Below, piece after piece: positions 36,358-46,075 of a DNA stretch of 64,000 nucleotides. Origin of the DNA: Paludibacteraceae bacterium (GTDB lineage Bacteria; Bacteroidota; Bacteroidia; Bacteroidales; Paludibacteraceae). A program made the translations under genes and the position numbers. Each line of letters opens with the position of its first letter. Within the stretch, counting starts at the first letter, position 1. The notes under the pieces were generated by a model. It was given only the letters and a program-made list of their open reading frames with translations, ran no database searches and had not been told where the DNA came from. The stretch covers positions 3,295 through 67,294 of the forward strand of contig JAKSOA010000010.1 of assembly GCA_024405875.1 (NCBI GenBank), in the 5' to 3' direction.

Positions 36358-37626
36358 ATGAACAACCTTTTGCATAATACTCTTACACGCAATACAGCAA
36401 AAATTCTGACAGGGAACGTATTGGCACAGATAATATCACTAATTATCTACCCTATACTGTCCAGATTGTATTCTCCCGATGATTTTGGAGTTCTTAATGT
36501 ATTTTGCAGCATTGGCGGTATTTTTATTATTCTTGCAACTTGTGAATACCAAAATTCCATTGTCATAGCCAATAAAAATGCAGAGGCCTCAGCGTGCCTT
36601 CATCTAACCTTAATAATAAACATAATTGTCTCCTCATTTGTTGCGTTAACTATATTGTTTGCCAAACCAATATCAGAATTCTTTAACGTACCTGCCCTTG
36701 CCCATTGGTATTTTCTTTTGCCGGTTTATATATTCTTTTTCGCACTATGGAACATATTGCAACATTGGTATATCAGGAAAAAACTATTTGGTGAGATAGG
36801 CAAATACCAAGTTAGCCTAAGCACATCAAACGCAATATTAAAAAGCGGGTTTGGCTACTTTGGTCAAACATCATTCGGTCTTGTACTTTCTATGACAGTA
36901 AGCCCCATTATTGCTATTGGTATCAGCATCGGGGTACATTTCAAACATATTAAGGAGTTGTTCCTAACTAATACGACACACATTAAGGACGCCGCAAAGA
37001 AATACTCCAATTTTCCTAAATACGCAACACCACGTATGCTGATGCACTACCTCATAAGTTCATTACCTATTCTAATGCTTTCACCAGAATTCAGTGCGTA
37101 TGAAATAGGTATTTTAGGAATGGCTATGACTCTTGCCGGTAAGCCCATAAATATTTTAACTACGACTATGTTTACCCCTCTGTTCCAAAGAATTTCTGAG
37201 ATGGTTAATAAAAATATAGCAATTACACCCACGATTCGGAAAATAATAATCTTTATTCTTGCCGTAACAATTCCGTTTTTTATTATCCTATATTTTATTC
37301 TTCCTGATTTAACTCTATGGCTGTTAGGCAACGAGTGGCGTGAAAGCGGAGAACTTATCAGGTTTATGCTTCCCTATTTTGCATCGGTGTTGGTAACCTC
37401 CACTCTGAATTTTATTCCTGATATTTTTCAAAAACAGAAAATAACATTACTATTTGAGATTGTAAATCTTATAATATGCACAATAGCCTTGTCAATAGGC
37501 ATTGCATATTCTGATTTCAAAACGGGAGTTCTACTGTATTACCTGTCTTATACGCTGATTTGGGTTTGCGAAGGTGTTTGGATTTATCATCTTGTAAGTG
37601 TCTACGACAAACAATTAGCAAAATAG
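36358..37626 (+). CDS. Oligosaccharide flippase family protein (second Wzx-like MOP transporter in the window)
   Basis: 422 aa with about 12 TM segments and the N-terminal motif TGNVLAQIISLIIYPILSRLYSPDDFG, which is typical of polysaccharide biosynthesis (Wzx) proteins. Confidence 0.75.
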   Translation: MNNLLHNTLTRNTAKILTGNVLAQIISLIIYPILSRLYSPDDFGVLNVFCSIGGIFIILATCEYQNSIVIANKNAEASACLHLTLIINIIVSSFVALTILFAKPISEFFNVPALAHWYFLLPVYIFFFALWNILQHWYIRKKLFGEIGKYQVSLSTSNAILKSGFGYFGQTSFGLVLSMTVSPIIAIGISIGVHFKHIKELFLTNTTHIKDAAKKYSNFPKYATPRMLMHYLISSLPILMLSPEFSAYEIGILGMAMTLAGKPINILTTTMFTPLFQRISEMVNKNIAITPTIRKIIIFILAVTIPFFIILYFILPDLTLWLLGNEWRESGELIRFMLPYFASVLVTSTLNFIPDIFQKQKITLLFEIVNLIICTIALSIGIAYSDFKTGVLLYYLSYTLIWVCEGVWIYHLVSVYDKQLAK

Positions 37627-37968
37627 GAGACCACACCTTAAACGAATGGCTGTTTGCTAAGGAAATGGTTAAGGAATACCCTGAAATAAAAGGGCGCAGC
37701 ACAAATGAGTTGTTACTTAAATGGTATCGTTGTTTTTCTTTCCAATAGTATTCACTGCTTATTGGATGATTGATTATTAGTCCGTGGCAAACAAGCAATT
37801 GTTAATCTGCTGTTCATTCCCACACGGTTGAACTAATATGAAATTTCTTGATGCCTTGATATTTGATTCTTCTTTTGCTTCTACATCAAATTTTAATTTG
37901 TGTTTTGCTGAAATTTTTCGTATCTTCGCACCCAATTTAACGTTTTAATAATTTAATACTGTAATCTA

Positions 37969-40104
37969 ATGAATGTAGTTACAAAGACCATCACACTCAG
38001 TGATGGAAGGAAAATTACCCTGGAGACCGGTAAACTTGCTAAGCAGGCTGACGGAGCCGTAATGGTTACAATGGGTAAGACAATGTTGCTGGCGACAGTG
38101 TGCTCAGCACAAGACGCAGTACCTGGCACAGACTTTATGCCACTTACTGTAGAGTATAAGGAGAAATTCGCTTCTAACGGCCGTTTCCCTGGAGGTTTCA
38201 CACGTAGAGAGGGAAAGGCATCTGATTATGAGATTCTTACCGCACGTTTGGTGGATAGGGCGTTACGTCCTCTGTTCCCGTCAAACTATCATGCGGAGAC
38301 TTTTGTAAATGTAACCCTTTACAGTGCCGATGGAGAGGATATGCCTGATGCGCTTGCCGGGCTTGCCGCCTCTGCGGCTCTTACCGCCAGTGACATTCCA
38401 TTTGAGGGACCTATCTCAGAGGTCAGAGTGGCACGCATAAATGGTGAGTATGTAGTTGACCCAACCTTCAAACAACTTGAGGGTGCTGACCTTGATATTA
38501 TGGTAGCCGCCACCCTTGATAACATTATGATGGTTGAGGGTGAGATGAAGGAGGTTTCTGAGGCAGACCTTCTAAACGCAATGAAAGTTGCCCACGAGGC
38601 TATCAAGCCTATGTGTCAAGCCCAGTTGGAACTTATGAATGAATACGGCAAGAGCGTTAAGCGTGAGTACTGCCACGAGGTTAATGATGAGGACTTGCGT
38701 CAGGATTTGCACGACAAGACATACGCCAAGACATACGAACTTGCAAAATCTTGCAACACAGACAAACACTCACGTGAGGCTAATTTCAAGGCTGTATGTG
38801 AGGAGTACAAGGCGCAGTTCACAGAAGAGGAGTTGGTAGAGAAGGCTCCGCTTATTGACCGCTACTACCACGATATTGAGCGTGAGGCAATGCGTCGCGC
38901 CGTACTTGATGAGGGTATGCGTCTTGATGGTCGTAAGACAACAGAGATACGTCCTATCTGGTGCGAGGTTGGTCCTCTCCCAGGCCCTCACGGTTCATCA
39001 ATATTCACACGTGGTGAGACACAGTCACTCTGTACAGTCACACTTGGCACAAAAGATGATGAGAAGATGATAGATGAGGCTCTCATTCAAGGAAATGACC
39101 GCTTCCTTCTTCACTATAACTTCCCACCGTTCTCAACAGGTGAGGCTAAGGCTCAACGTGGCGTAGGACGCCGTGAGATTGGTCACGGAAACCTTGCCTG
39201 CCGCGCTCTTAAGAGTATGATTCCTGATGATTATCCGTATGTTGTACGTGTTGTATCAGATATTCTTGAGTCAAACGGCTCATCATCAATGGCTACAGTA
39301 TGTGCCGGTACACTTGCACTTATGGACGCCGGTGTTCAAATCAAGCGTCCCGTATCAGGTATAGCAATGGGTCTTATCTCAGAGAACAAGGGTAAGAATT
39401 ATGCCATACTTTCTGATATTCTTGGTGACGAAGACCATCTTGGTGATATGGACTTCAAGGTAACAGGTACAGAGAAGGGTATTACCGCCACCCAGATGGA
39501 TATTAAGGTTGACGGACTCTCATACGAGATTCTTGAGAACGCACTTAAACAAGCCCACGATGGCCGTATGTACATTCTTGGCAAAATCAAGGAGACAATC
39601 GCAGAGCCACGTGAGGATTTGAAGCCACACGCTCCACGTATTGTAACATTGGAGGTTCCAAAAGATATGATAGGAGCAATCATTGGTCCTGGAGGAAAGG
39701 TAATACAAGGTATGCAGGCTGAGACAGGTGCCGTCATCTCTATTACAGAAGATGACAACAGAGGCATAGTTGAGGTCGCCGCCAATAATAAGGAGTCAAT
39801 TGACGCCGCTGTTAATAAGATTAAGGGTATTATAGCCGTACCTGAGATAGGTGAGGTATATGAGTCAAAGGTTAAGTCCATTATGCCTTACGGAGCATTT
39901 GTTGAGTTCCTGCCAGGCAAGGAGGGCTTGCTTCACATTTCAGAAATCAGTTGGAACAGAATTGAGGATATGGAGCACTCCGGTCTTAAAGAGGGTGACC
40001 TTATTCCTGTCAAACTGCTTGACATTGATAAGAGAAGTGGCAAGTTCAAACTCTCTCATAAGGTACTTACAGAGCGTCCTCCACGTCCGAAGAAAGAAGA
40101 GTGA
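37969..40104 (+). CDS. pnp: Polyribonucleotide nucleotidyltransferase (PNPase)
   Basis: 711 aa with two RNase PH domains plus KH and S1 domains ([20 protein letters not shown]). Confidence 0.97.
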   Translation: MNVVTKTITLSDGRKITLETGKLAKQADGAVMVTMGKTMLLATVCSAQDAVPGTDFMPLTVEYKEKFASNGRFPGGFTRREGKASDYEILTARLVDRALRPLFPSNYHAETFVNVTLYSADGEDMPDALAGLAASAALTASDIPFEGPISEVRVARINGEYVVDPTFKQLEGADLDIMVAATLDNIMMVEGEMKEVSEADLLNAMKVAHEAIKPMCQAQLELMNEYGKSVKREYCHEVNDEDLRQDLHDKTYAKTYELAKSCNTDKHSREANFKAVCEEYKAQFTEEELVEKAPLIDRYYHDIEREAMRRAVLDEGMRLDGRKTTEIRPIWCEVGPLPGPHGSSIFTRGETQSLCTVTLGTKDDEKMIDEALIQGNDRFLLHYNFPPFSTGEAKAQRGVGRREIGHGNLACRALKSMIPDDYPYVVRVVSDILESNGSSSMATVCAGTLALMDAGVQIKRPVSGIAMGLISENKGKNYAILSDILGDEDHLGDMDFKVTGTEKGITATQMDIKVDGLSYEILENALKQAHDGRMYILGKIKETIAEPREDLKPHAPRIVTLEVPKDMIGAIIGPGGKVIQGMQAETGAVISITEDDNRGIVEVAANNKESIDAAVNKIKGIIAVPEIGEVYESKVKSIMPYGAFVEFLPGKEGLLHISEISWNRIEDMEHSGLKEGDLIPVKLLDIDKRSGKFKLSHKVLTERPPRPKKEE

Positions 40105-41453
40105 GCATAACAAAGCGAATACTGCTTCAGTGCACCATTATCTACATTATAACCTCATTGGTTATTGTTCTGATAATGAATTTGTTTTACCCCGATGGGC
40201 AAAGCGTTGCGTGCACGGTGGCAGTACTCGCTGTTTTTTTGTTGGCATTTCTGGGGTTCTATATAGTGGCACGCAGGTTTGTAAAGACCATAACCGCACT
40301 GAAGAACCTTATTGAGAAGGTTGATTCCGAAGACCTGTACAAATTTCCTGAAGGTGAGTTGCAAGAGATTAGTGAGTATATAGTCAGTATGTACAAGAAT
40401 CTTGACCGCTCACAGAGAGCGCTAAACCAGGAACGTGAGAAGATGCAGGAGCACCTACGTCTGTCAAAGCGAGGCATAGCCATATTCTCACCTCAGCGCA
40501 AGGAGATTCTTTCAAATGAACTCTTCATTCAGTTTATGAATATAATTTCAGACAAGCGTCGTCGTTACTCTGAAGATGTGTTTGATATACCTGAACTCTC
40601 CGAACTGCTTGAATTCCTTGATGATATGCAGTGCAGGGCTATTGAGAAGATTGAGACCAAGGCGTTTCAGGTAAGCAAGAATGAGGCCACACTTGTAGTC
40701 CATTGCATTATTTTCCAGGACAAGAGTTTTGAGATAACTTTTGATGACATTACTGAAAAAGAGCAACAGGCAATACTTAAGAAGGAACTTACACAAAATA
40801 TCTCTCACGAACTTAAAACCCCCGTGGCAAGTATTCAGGGATTTATGGAGACCATTCTTCAAAATCCAGATATGGACGCTGAGAAACGCACGAACTATGT
40901 AAGCCGCTGTCTTACTCAGGCTACACGTCTTACCGCATTGCTACAGGATATTTCAACGTTAAACAAGATTGATGAGGCGTCAGATATGTATGTGGGGGAG
41001 GAGGTTGATTTAACTCAACTCATTAACGGAGTAGTTCAAGACCTTGCTTTGAAATTAGAGGAGAAAGGAGATAAGGTTGAACTTGAATTGCCTGAAAAAC
41101 TGCTGATTAATGGTAATGTATCTCTACTGTACTCAATATTCCGTAATCTGTTTGACAACAGTATAGCGTATGCCGGCAATAATGTCAACATTCACGTAAG
41201 TTGTTACCGTTCTGACCCTGATTTCTATTACTTCTCATTTTGTGATAATGGTGTGGGTGTAAGCGAGGAGCATCTTGGACGTATCTTCAACCGTTTTTAC
41301 CGTGTAGATGACGGACGAGCGCGCAAATCGGGTGGTACAGGCTTGGGTCTTGCCATTGTTAAGAATGCCGTGCAGTTCCATCACGGCAGAATTTCCGCTA
41401 AAAACCGTCAGGAGGGAGGTTTGGAGTTCCTCTTTACTCTCAAAAAGAACTAA
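40101..41453 (+). CDS. Sensor histidine kinase (no cognate response regulator adjacent)
   Basis: 450 aa with two N-terminal TM helices, a HisKA H-box ([14 protein letters not shown]), and HATPase N, G1 and G2 boxes ([11 protein letters not shown]). The GTG start overlaps the pnp stop (GTGA). Confidence 0.88.
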   Translation: MSITKRILLQCTIIYIITSLVIVLIMNLFYPDGQSVACTVAVLAVFLLAFLGFYIVARRFVKTITALKNLIEKVDSEDLYKFPEGELQEISEYIVSMYKNLDRSQRALNQEREKMQEHLRLSKRGIAIFSPQRKEILSNELFIQFMNIISDKRRRYSEDVFDIPELSELLEFLDDMQCRAIEKIETKAFQVSKNEATLVVHCIIFQDKSFEITFDDITEKEQQAILKKELTQNISHELKTPVASIQGFMETILQNPDMDAEKRTNYVSRCLTQATRLTALLQDISTLNKIDEASDMYVGEEVDLTQLINGVVQDLALKLEEKGDKVELELPEKLLINGNVSLLYSIFRNLFDNSIAYAGNNVNIHVSCYRSDPDFYYFSFCDNGVGVSEEHLGRIFNRFYRVDDGRARKSGGTGLGLAIVKNAVQFHHGRISAKNRQEGGLEFLFTLKKN

Positions 41454-41462
41454 TATTGTCTT

Positions 41463-43370
41463 CTACTTTCTGTTTCCCAAGACAGCAGAGATTTGTTTTC
41501 TCTCTTCTGTAGCCTCTTTCAACTCTTGCAGTAGTTCATCAACCCTGTCAGTCTGTCCCGCTGTGCTTGCAGTCTCAATCTCTCTGCGTAGTTCCGCACA
41601 TCTCTCCTTTACAAGAGCGAACCTATATTCAAACATTATGGTTCTCACCTCTCCTGAGAGTCTGTTCAAACGCTCAGATTCCCTCTCCTTAGTCTCATAT
41701 AACGCACTCTTTTCATATTTGTCCTCTGACAGGGAGAAGGCATAGTTCTGAATAGTGACATCGGGGTGATTAAGGAAGTATGAACGCAGGTCGCCATCTT
41801 GCTGTAGAGCCTCCTCAAGCATCTGAATATGAATAGGGTATTGAAGTGGAATGTCATCAGCCTCAATGCTGCCGGCAATATAGTCAAGCACGGAAATCTG
41901 TACCGTCTCTCCGTTTGATTGAATCTCAATAGGCTCCAGTCCGTGGCGGATTATGTAGCGTAGCAGTTGCCTCTCCTCCTTGTAAGCCACAGGGTAGGCG
42001 TTGTGCTGCTCTATCGTCTGTTTCTCAAGGATGCTGTTTTGTGTTGCCTGAGTCTCTCCGGATATTTTGCTTTTCTGGCGTTTGGCAACCTCTTGAACCA
42101 ACACCTCCTCACGCATAGAGAACTTTGACGCACACTCCCTTATGTATATGGCTTGCTGAATCTTATCTGGAATGACCGAAATGCTGTCCACGATGTCACC
42201 TATCAGAGAGGCTCTTTTTATAGGGTCGTTTCCCGCCTCACTGAGTAGAAGGTTGGTCTTGAATGATATGAAGTTGGTTTTGTTGCGGTTTATGAAATCC
42301 ACAAATTGCGTTGAATCCTGGCTACGGGCGAATGAGTCAGGGTCCTCTCCGTCTGGCAGTAGCAGAACCTCAACCTGCATACCCTCAGAGAGTAGCATAT
42401 CTATACCCCTTATAGAGGCGTGTATTCCTGCCGCATCGCCGTCATAAAGCACTATGATATTAGAGGTGAAACGGTGTATTAGTCTTATCTGTCCTGTAGT
42501 GAGTGATGTCCCCGATGACGCCACCACATTCTCTATGCCCGCCTGATGCATTGATATAACATCAGCATAACCCTCAACAAGATAGCAGACATCATTTCTC
42601 TGAATGGCGTTTTTAGCGAAATAGAGACCATACAGTTCATTGCTCTTGTGGTAAATCTCTGACTCAGGAGAGTTTACATATTTACCCGTGTTCTCTGTCT
42701 TTTTAAGCACACGCCCTCCGAACGCCACAATCTGCCCTGAGATTGAGTGGACGGGAAACATTACCCTGCCCCGGAAACGGTCAGTAAGACCGCCCCTTTG
42801 ATTCTCAATGCACAAACCCACATCAACAAGAGTCTTGCGGCTGAAACCAGCCTTTGTGGCGGCTTTGCCCAGTGCCTCAAATGAGTCAGGGGAGTAGCCC
42901 AGACAGAATTTTTTTATGGTGTCATCACGGAATCCTCGTTCACGGAAATATGCCATACCGATATTCCGCCCTTCATCGGTGTCATTTAGTGTGTTTTCAA
43001 AAAATTCCAGAGCGAATTTGTTAGCCGCAAGCATATTCTCACGGTCATTCCGCTTATCCATCTCCTCTTTGGTCAGTTCCTTCTCAACTATCTCTATTCT
43101 GTATTTTTTTGCTAAATAGCGTAATGCGTCAACGTATGAGAGGTTCTCGTGCTCCATTATGAAGTTAACGGGCGAGCCTCCCTTGCCGCAACCAAAGCAG
43201 TGGCAGATATTTTTAGCAGGGCTTACGGTGAATGACGGGGTCTTCTCATTGTGGAACGGGCACAGTCCTATATAGTTAACACCACGACGTTTCAGAGTGA
43301 CAAAATCCCCGACAACCTCCTCAATTCTGGCGGTGTCAAGAATCTTCTGTACTGTGGTTCGGTCAATCAT
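41463..43370 (-). CDS. dnaG: DNA primase
   Basis: 635 aa with a zinc finger (CPFHNEKTPSFTVSPAKNICHCFGCGKGG) and a TOPRIM domain (LVEGYADVIS). Confidence 0.96.
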   Translation of the reverse strand: MIDRTTVQKILDTARIEEVVGDFVTLKRRGVNYIGLCPFHNEKTPSFTVSPAKNICHCFGCGKGGSPVNFIMEHENLSYVDALRYLAKKYRIEIVEKELTKEEMDKRNDRENMLAANKFALEFFENTLNDTDEGRNIGMAYFRERGFRDDTIKKFCLGYSPDSFEALGKAATKAGFSRKTLVDVGLCIENQRGGLTDRFRGRVMFPVHSISGQIVAFGGRVLKKTENTGKYVNSPESEIYHKSNELYGLYFAKNAIQRNDVCYLVEGYADVISMHQAGIENVVASSGTSLTTGQIRLIHRFTSNIIVLYDGDAAGIHASIRGIDMLLSEGMQVEVLLLPDGEDPDSFARSQDSTQFVDFINRNKTNFISFKTNLLLSEAGNDPIKRASLIGDIVDSISVIPDKIQQAIYIRECASKFSMREEVLVQEVAKRQKSKISGETQATQNSILEKQTIEQHNAYPVAYKEERQLLRYIIRHGLEPIEIQSNGETVQISVLDYIAGSIEADDIPLQYPIHIQMLEEALQQDGDLRSYFLNHPDVTIQNYAFSLSEDKYEKSALYETKERESERLNRLSGEVRTIMFEYRFALVKERCAELRREIETASTAGQTDRVDELLQELKEATEERKQISAVLGNRK

Positions 43371-44308
43371 AACTTCATCTTTGTTCCATTCAGAAACTCC
43401 TTAATTGTCATCACTTTTTTGCCTGCGGGTTGGATTTGTTCCAAATATACATAGCCGTCAGTTACGGCAATCTTTATATAACTTTTGTTGTCAGTAAGCA
43501 CTGTCCCCTCCGCCTCATTGTGTTCTGTATGTTCAGGTAAAACCTTCAAAACCTTAACCCTCAAATCTTCTCCTTTTGTGGTTTTAAGTATTGTGTATGC
43601 GGCAGGATAAGGGGAGAGCCCTCTTACAAAGTCATTGACTTGTTTTGCTGACTTGTCCCATAAAATGAGACAATCTTCCTTGAAAATCTTAGGTGCGGGT
43701 TTTAGTTCCACAGACTCATCTTGCGGATATGTCTGAACGTCTCCTTTCCCTATCAAATCAACAGTACGGCACACAACTTCCGCCCCTATACTCATCAGAC
43801 GGTCATAAAGGGTTCCTATGTTGTCATCGGGGTTAATGGGAGTACGCTCCTGCATAATAATGTTACCCGTGTCTATATCGTGTTTCAGAAAGAAGGTTGT
43901 AACTCCTGTCTCAGTCTCTCCGTTTATGATAGCCCAATTTATAGGAGCGGCGCCTCTGTACTGTGGCAGGAGTGACGCGTGCAGGTTAAATGTTCCCATT
44001 GGCGGCATAGCCCAGACAGCCTCAGGTAACATTCTGAATGCTACAACAATCTGCAAATCAGCATTATAACTTTTTAACTCTTCAAGAAATCGCAAATCTT
44101 TCAACTTCTCTGGCTGGAGTACGGGAAGCCCCGCCTCAAGAGCGTACTGCTTTACAGGCGATGGTTGGAGTCTCATACCCCTCTGGGCAGGCTTGTCAGG
44201 CATAGTGACAACGGCTACAACATTGTAGCCGCCGTCAATTAAAGCCTTCAGAGGTGCCACGGCAAACTCCGGAGTACCCATATATATTATTCGCAACAAG
44301 TTGCTCAT
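43367..44308 (-). CDS. fmt: Methionyl-tRNA formyltransferase
   Basis: 313 aa with IIYMGTPEFAV and the HASLLPQYRGAAPI motif. Confidence 0.96.
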   Translation of the reverse strand: MSNLLRIIYMGTPEFAVAPLKALIDGGYNVVAVVTMPDKPAQRGMRLQPSPVKQYALEAGLPVLQPEKLKDLRFLEELKSYNADLQIVVAFRMLPEAVWAMPPMGTFNLHASLLPQYRGAAPINWAIINGETETGVTTFFLKHDIDTGNIIMQERTPINPDDNIGTLYDRLMSIGAEVVCRTVDLIGKGDVQTYPQDESVELKPAPKIFKEDCLILWDKSAKQVNDFVRGLSPYPAAYTILKTTKGEDLRVKVLKVLPEHTEHNEAEGTVLTDNKSYIKIAVTDGYVYLEQIQPAGKKVMTIKEFLNGTKMKL

Positions 44309-44312
44309 ATTC

Positions 44313-44361
44313 AGTTGATAGTTGACAGTTGATAGTTGACCGTTAATAGTGTATAGTAATC
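44313..44361. repeat. Tandem heptanucleotide array (AGTTGAT/AGTTGAC) x4 plus three degenerate units
   Basis: Read directly. On the coding (minus) strand it ends 4 nt before the fmt ATG (44308). Confidence 0.9.
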
Positions 44362-44363
44362 AT

Positions 44364-44384
44364 TGTCCACTGTCCACTGTCCAC
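44364..44384. repeat. Tandem heptanucleotide array (TGTCCAC) x3
   Basis: Three perfect copies read directly, lying between the ompH-like stop and the previous array. Confidence 0.9.
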
Positions 44385-44398
44385 TAATGATACTTGAA

Positions 44399-45055
44399 TT
44401 ATTTATTCAGTAATGTCAGTATATCATTTGTAATGTCATATCCCGGATTTCCGTAAAGAATTACAGTGTTGCCGGTATTACCGAAGATAAAGTGATAACC
44501 CTTTTCCGCATTGTACTCCTTAATAGTTCCTTGTATGATTGTGAAAAGTGAGTCAGTCATTCTTGCTTGCTTCGCCATCAACTCCTGTGTGAGTTTGGCG
44601 TCAAGTTGCTCAAGTTCTTGTTGCTGACGGAGTATGCGTTCCTGCTCAGAACGGGCACGCTCCTCTGAAAGGAAGGCGCGGTTTTCAAGTTTTGTCTGGA
44701 AATCACGGGCGTCGGCCTGCAGTTTGTTAGCCTTTTGGTTTATTGTGGCACGCGCACGCTCCTGCTCACTGATAAGTTGGTCTTGAATCTCATTAGAGAG
44801 GTTGTATTTTGCAAGCAGTGAGTCCATATTGACATATGCTATCGGAAGTTGCTCATCAGTGGCGACCGCAACCTCATCAGTACTGCTTGAACAGCATTTT
44901 GGTGACAATACAATAAAGTAAAGCGCTATGACAGCAAGTGCTATAACTCCCATAATTGCGTATGGCAGACACTTGCAACTGCATTTACACTTGCAACCAC
45001 ATTTGTTTTCACTCTCTTCAACCTGAACTTCAGGCATCTCTTTAATTTCTTCCAT
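44399..45055 (-). CDS. OmpH/Skp-family protein with Cys-rich N-terminal extension and TM anchor
   Basis: 218 aa. The C-terminal 150 aa form an OmpH-like coiled coil (AYVNMDSLLAKY...). The N-terminus has KCGCKCKCSCKC followed by a hydrophobic helix instead of a classical signal peptide. Confidence 0.75.
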   Translation of the reverse strand: MEEIKEMPEVQVEESENKCGCKCKCSCKCLPYAIMGVIALAVIALYFIVLSPKCCSSSTDEVAVATDEQLPIAYVNMDSLLAKYNLSNEIQDQLISEQERARATINQKANKLQADARDFQTKLENRAFLSEERARSEQERILRQQQELEQLDAKLTQELMAKQARMTDSLFTIIQGTIKEYNAEKGYHFIFGNTGNTVILYGNPGYDITNDILTLLNK

Positions 45056-45056
45056 T

Positions 45057-45245
45057 TTATTTTAAATTTTTGCGTGCCGCGCGGTCTTGTGAGCGGGCAC
45101 AGGTTATTCCTTTGTCTCTTAAAGCCTTGTTCCCTTCAACGTGTGTGTTGGGAAACCTGCCCTCTTTTGTGAAGAATACTTTGAATCCCATAAGCAGCAC
45201 TGCCGGCAGCAGTAATCCTAAACAAACAAGGAACAGTTTAAGCAT
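45057..45245 (-). CDS. Small membrane protein, hypothetical
   Basis: 62 aa from MLKLFLV, with one TM helix and a basic tail. A TActTTTG -7 box at 45266-45273 argues against the longer track start at 45266. Confidence 0.5.
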   Translation of the reverse strand: MLKLFLVCLGLLLPAVLLMGFKVFFTKEGRFPNTHVEGNKALRDKGITCARSQDRAARKNLK

Positions 45246-45265
45246 ATCTTCTTCACAGATTTGCA

Positions 45266-45273
45266 CAAAAGTA
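45266..45273 (-). promoter_or_regulatory. TActTTTG -7 box for the small-protein/ompH-like/fmt/dnaG transcription unit
   Basis: The plus strand reads CAAAAGTA. It is divergent from the mlaE promoter. Confidence 0.45.
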
Positions 45274-45285
45274 CAAAAAATTTGC

Positions 45286-45293
45286 TAAATTTG
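45286..45293 (+). promoter_or_regulatory. TAaaTTTG -7 box for mlaEF
   Basis: Motif match followed by CA. The heptamer array lies in the predicted 5' UTR. Confidence 0.5.
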
Positions 45294-45312
45294 CACACTA
45301 ATGTTGAAATCT

Positions 45313-45333
45313 TAATTACTAATTGCTAATTGA
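45313..45333 (+). repeat. Tandem heptanucleotide array TAATTAC TAATTGC TAATTGA
   Basis: Read directly. It is identical over 22 nt to 4502-4523. The mlaE ATG is at 45338. Confidence 0.9.
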
Positions 45334-45337
45334 AAAA

Positions 45338-46075
45338 ATGAATTTATTTGAACACGTAGGTCGCTACTCCCGTCTTATGGCAGGCGTTTTCACCAAACCG
45401 CAACGGTGGGGCATTCTATGGAAGCAGTATAAGGCTGAGATTGAGAAACAGGGTTTGCAGTCAATTCTCATAACTGTAATCATATCAATTTTCATAGGTT
45501 CAGCCATAACAATGCAGATGGTTCTGAATACAGAGAACCCTATGCTGCCTAAATATGTGACAGGTCTTACAACCCGTGAAACTCTGCTGCTTGAGTTCTC
45601 TTCAACCATCCTCTGTCTGATACTTGCAGGTAAGGTTGGCTCAAACATCGCATCAGAGATAGGCACAATGCGTATCACAGAACAGATTGACGCCCTTAAG
45701 ATTATGGGCGTGAATGCAGAGAACTACCTGATACTCCCTAAAATCTTAGGTTTTGTGTCAATAGTGCCTGTTCTGGTTATTTTCAGTATGTTCTTCGGAC
45801 TGCTTGGCGGTTACATAATAGCCACCACGGGTGTCATATCACCATCTCAGTATGTTATGGGCATTCAGTATGCGTTTAATCCGTATTATGTCACCTACTC
45901 AATTATCAAGTCACTCTTCTTTGCTTTTATAATAGCCTCAATATCATCATATTACGGCTATTATGCCTATGGCGGGGCGCTTGAGGTTGGTAAGGCGAGT
46001 ACTAATGCCGTAGTAAAGAGCAGTATATTCATTCTTTTGTTTAACGTTATTCTAACAGATCTTTTGCTGGTATGA
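45338..46075 (+). CDS. mlaE: MlaE-family ABC transporter permease
   Basis: About 245 aa. Sequence and topology are MlaE/YrbE-like. It is followed by an overlapping ATPase gene. I prefer the ATG at 45338 over the TTG at 45323 inside the repeat. Confidence 0.85.
   Translation: MNLFEHVGRYSRLMAGVFTKPQRWGILWKQYKAEIEKQGLQSILITVIISIFIGSAITMQMVLNTENPMLPKYVTGLTTRETLLLEFSSTILCLILAGKVGSNIASEIGTMRITEQIDALKIMGVNAENYLILPKILGFVSIVPVLVIFSMFFGLLGGYIIATTGVISPSQYVMGIQYAFNPYYVTYSIIKSLFFAFIIASISSYYGYYAYGGALEVGKASTNAVVKSSIFILLFNVILTDLLLV

Noticed and set aside
37560-37798. Short ORFs (62 aa on the plus strand, 93 aa on the minus strand) in the 342-bp gap between the flippase gene and pnp; possible gene remnant
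   Set aside because: The plus-strand ORF overlaps the flippase 3' end, and I recognise no family. The segment NEWLFAKEMVKEYPEIKGRSTNELLLKWY looks protein-like, but I cannot support a call without a database search.
39399-39881. Long antisense or alternative-frame ORFs inside conserved genes (for example 39399-39881 in pnp, 56085-56603 in fusA, 60532-60972 in rplV/rpsC, 8251-8682 in oadB, 31092-31457 in pepD)
   Set aside because: All overlap strongly supported conserved CDSs. Their translations are low-complexity, rich in Ser, Pro and Arg, and typical of shadow frames.
3638-45333. Heptamer arrays considered as CRISPR-like or as coding tandem repeats
   Set aside because: The units are 7 nt long and directly adjacent, with no spacers. 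The arrays are 21-49 nt long and lie outside ORFs except for stop codons. They are neither CRISPR arrays nor protein repeats.
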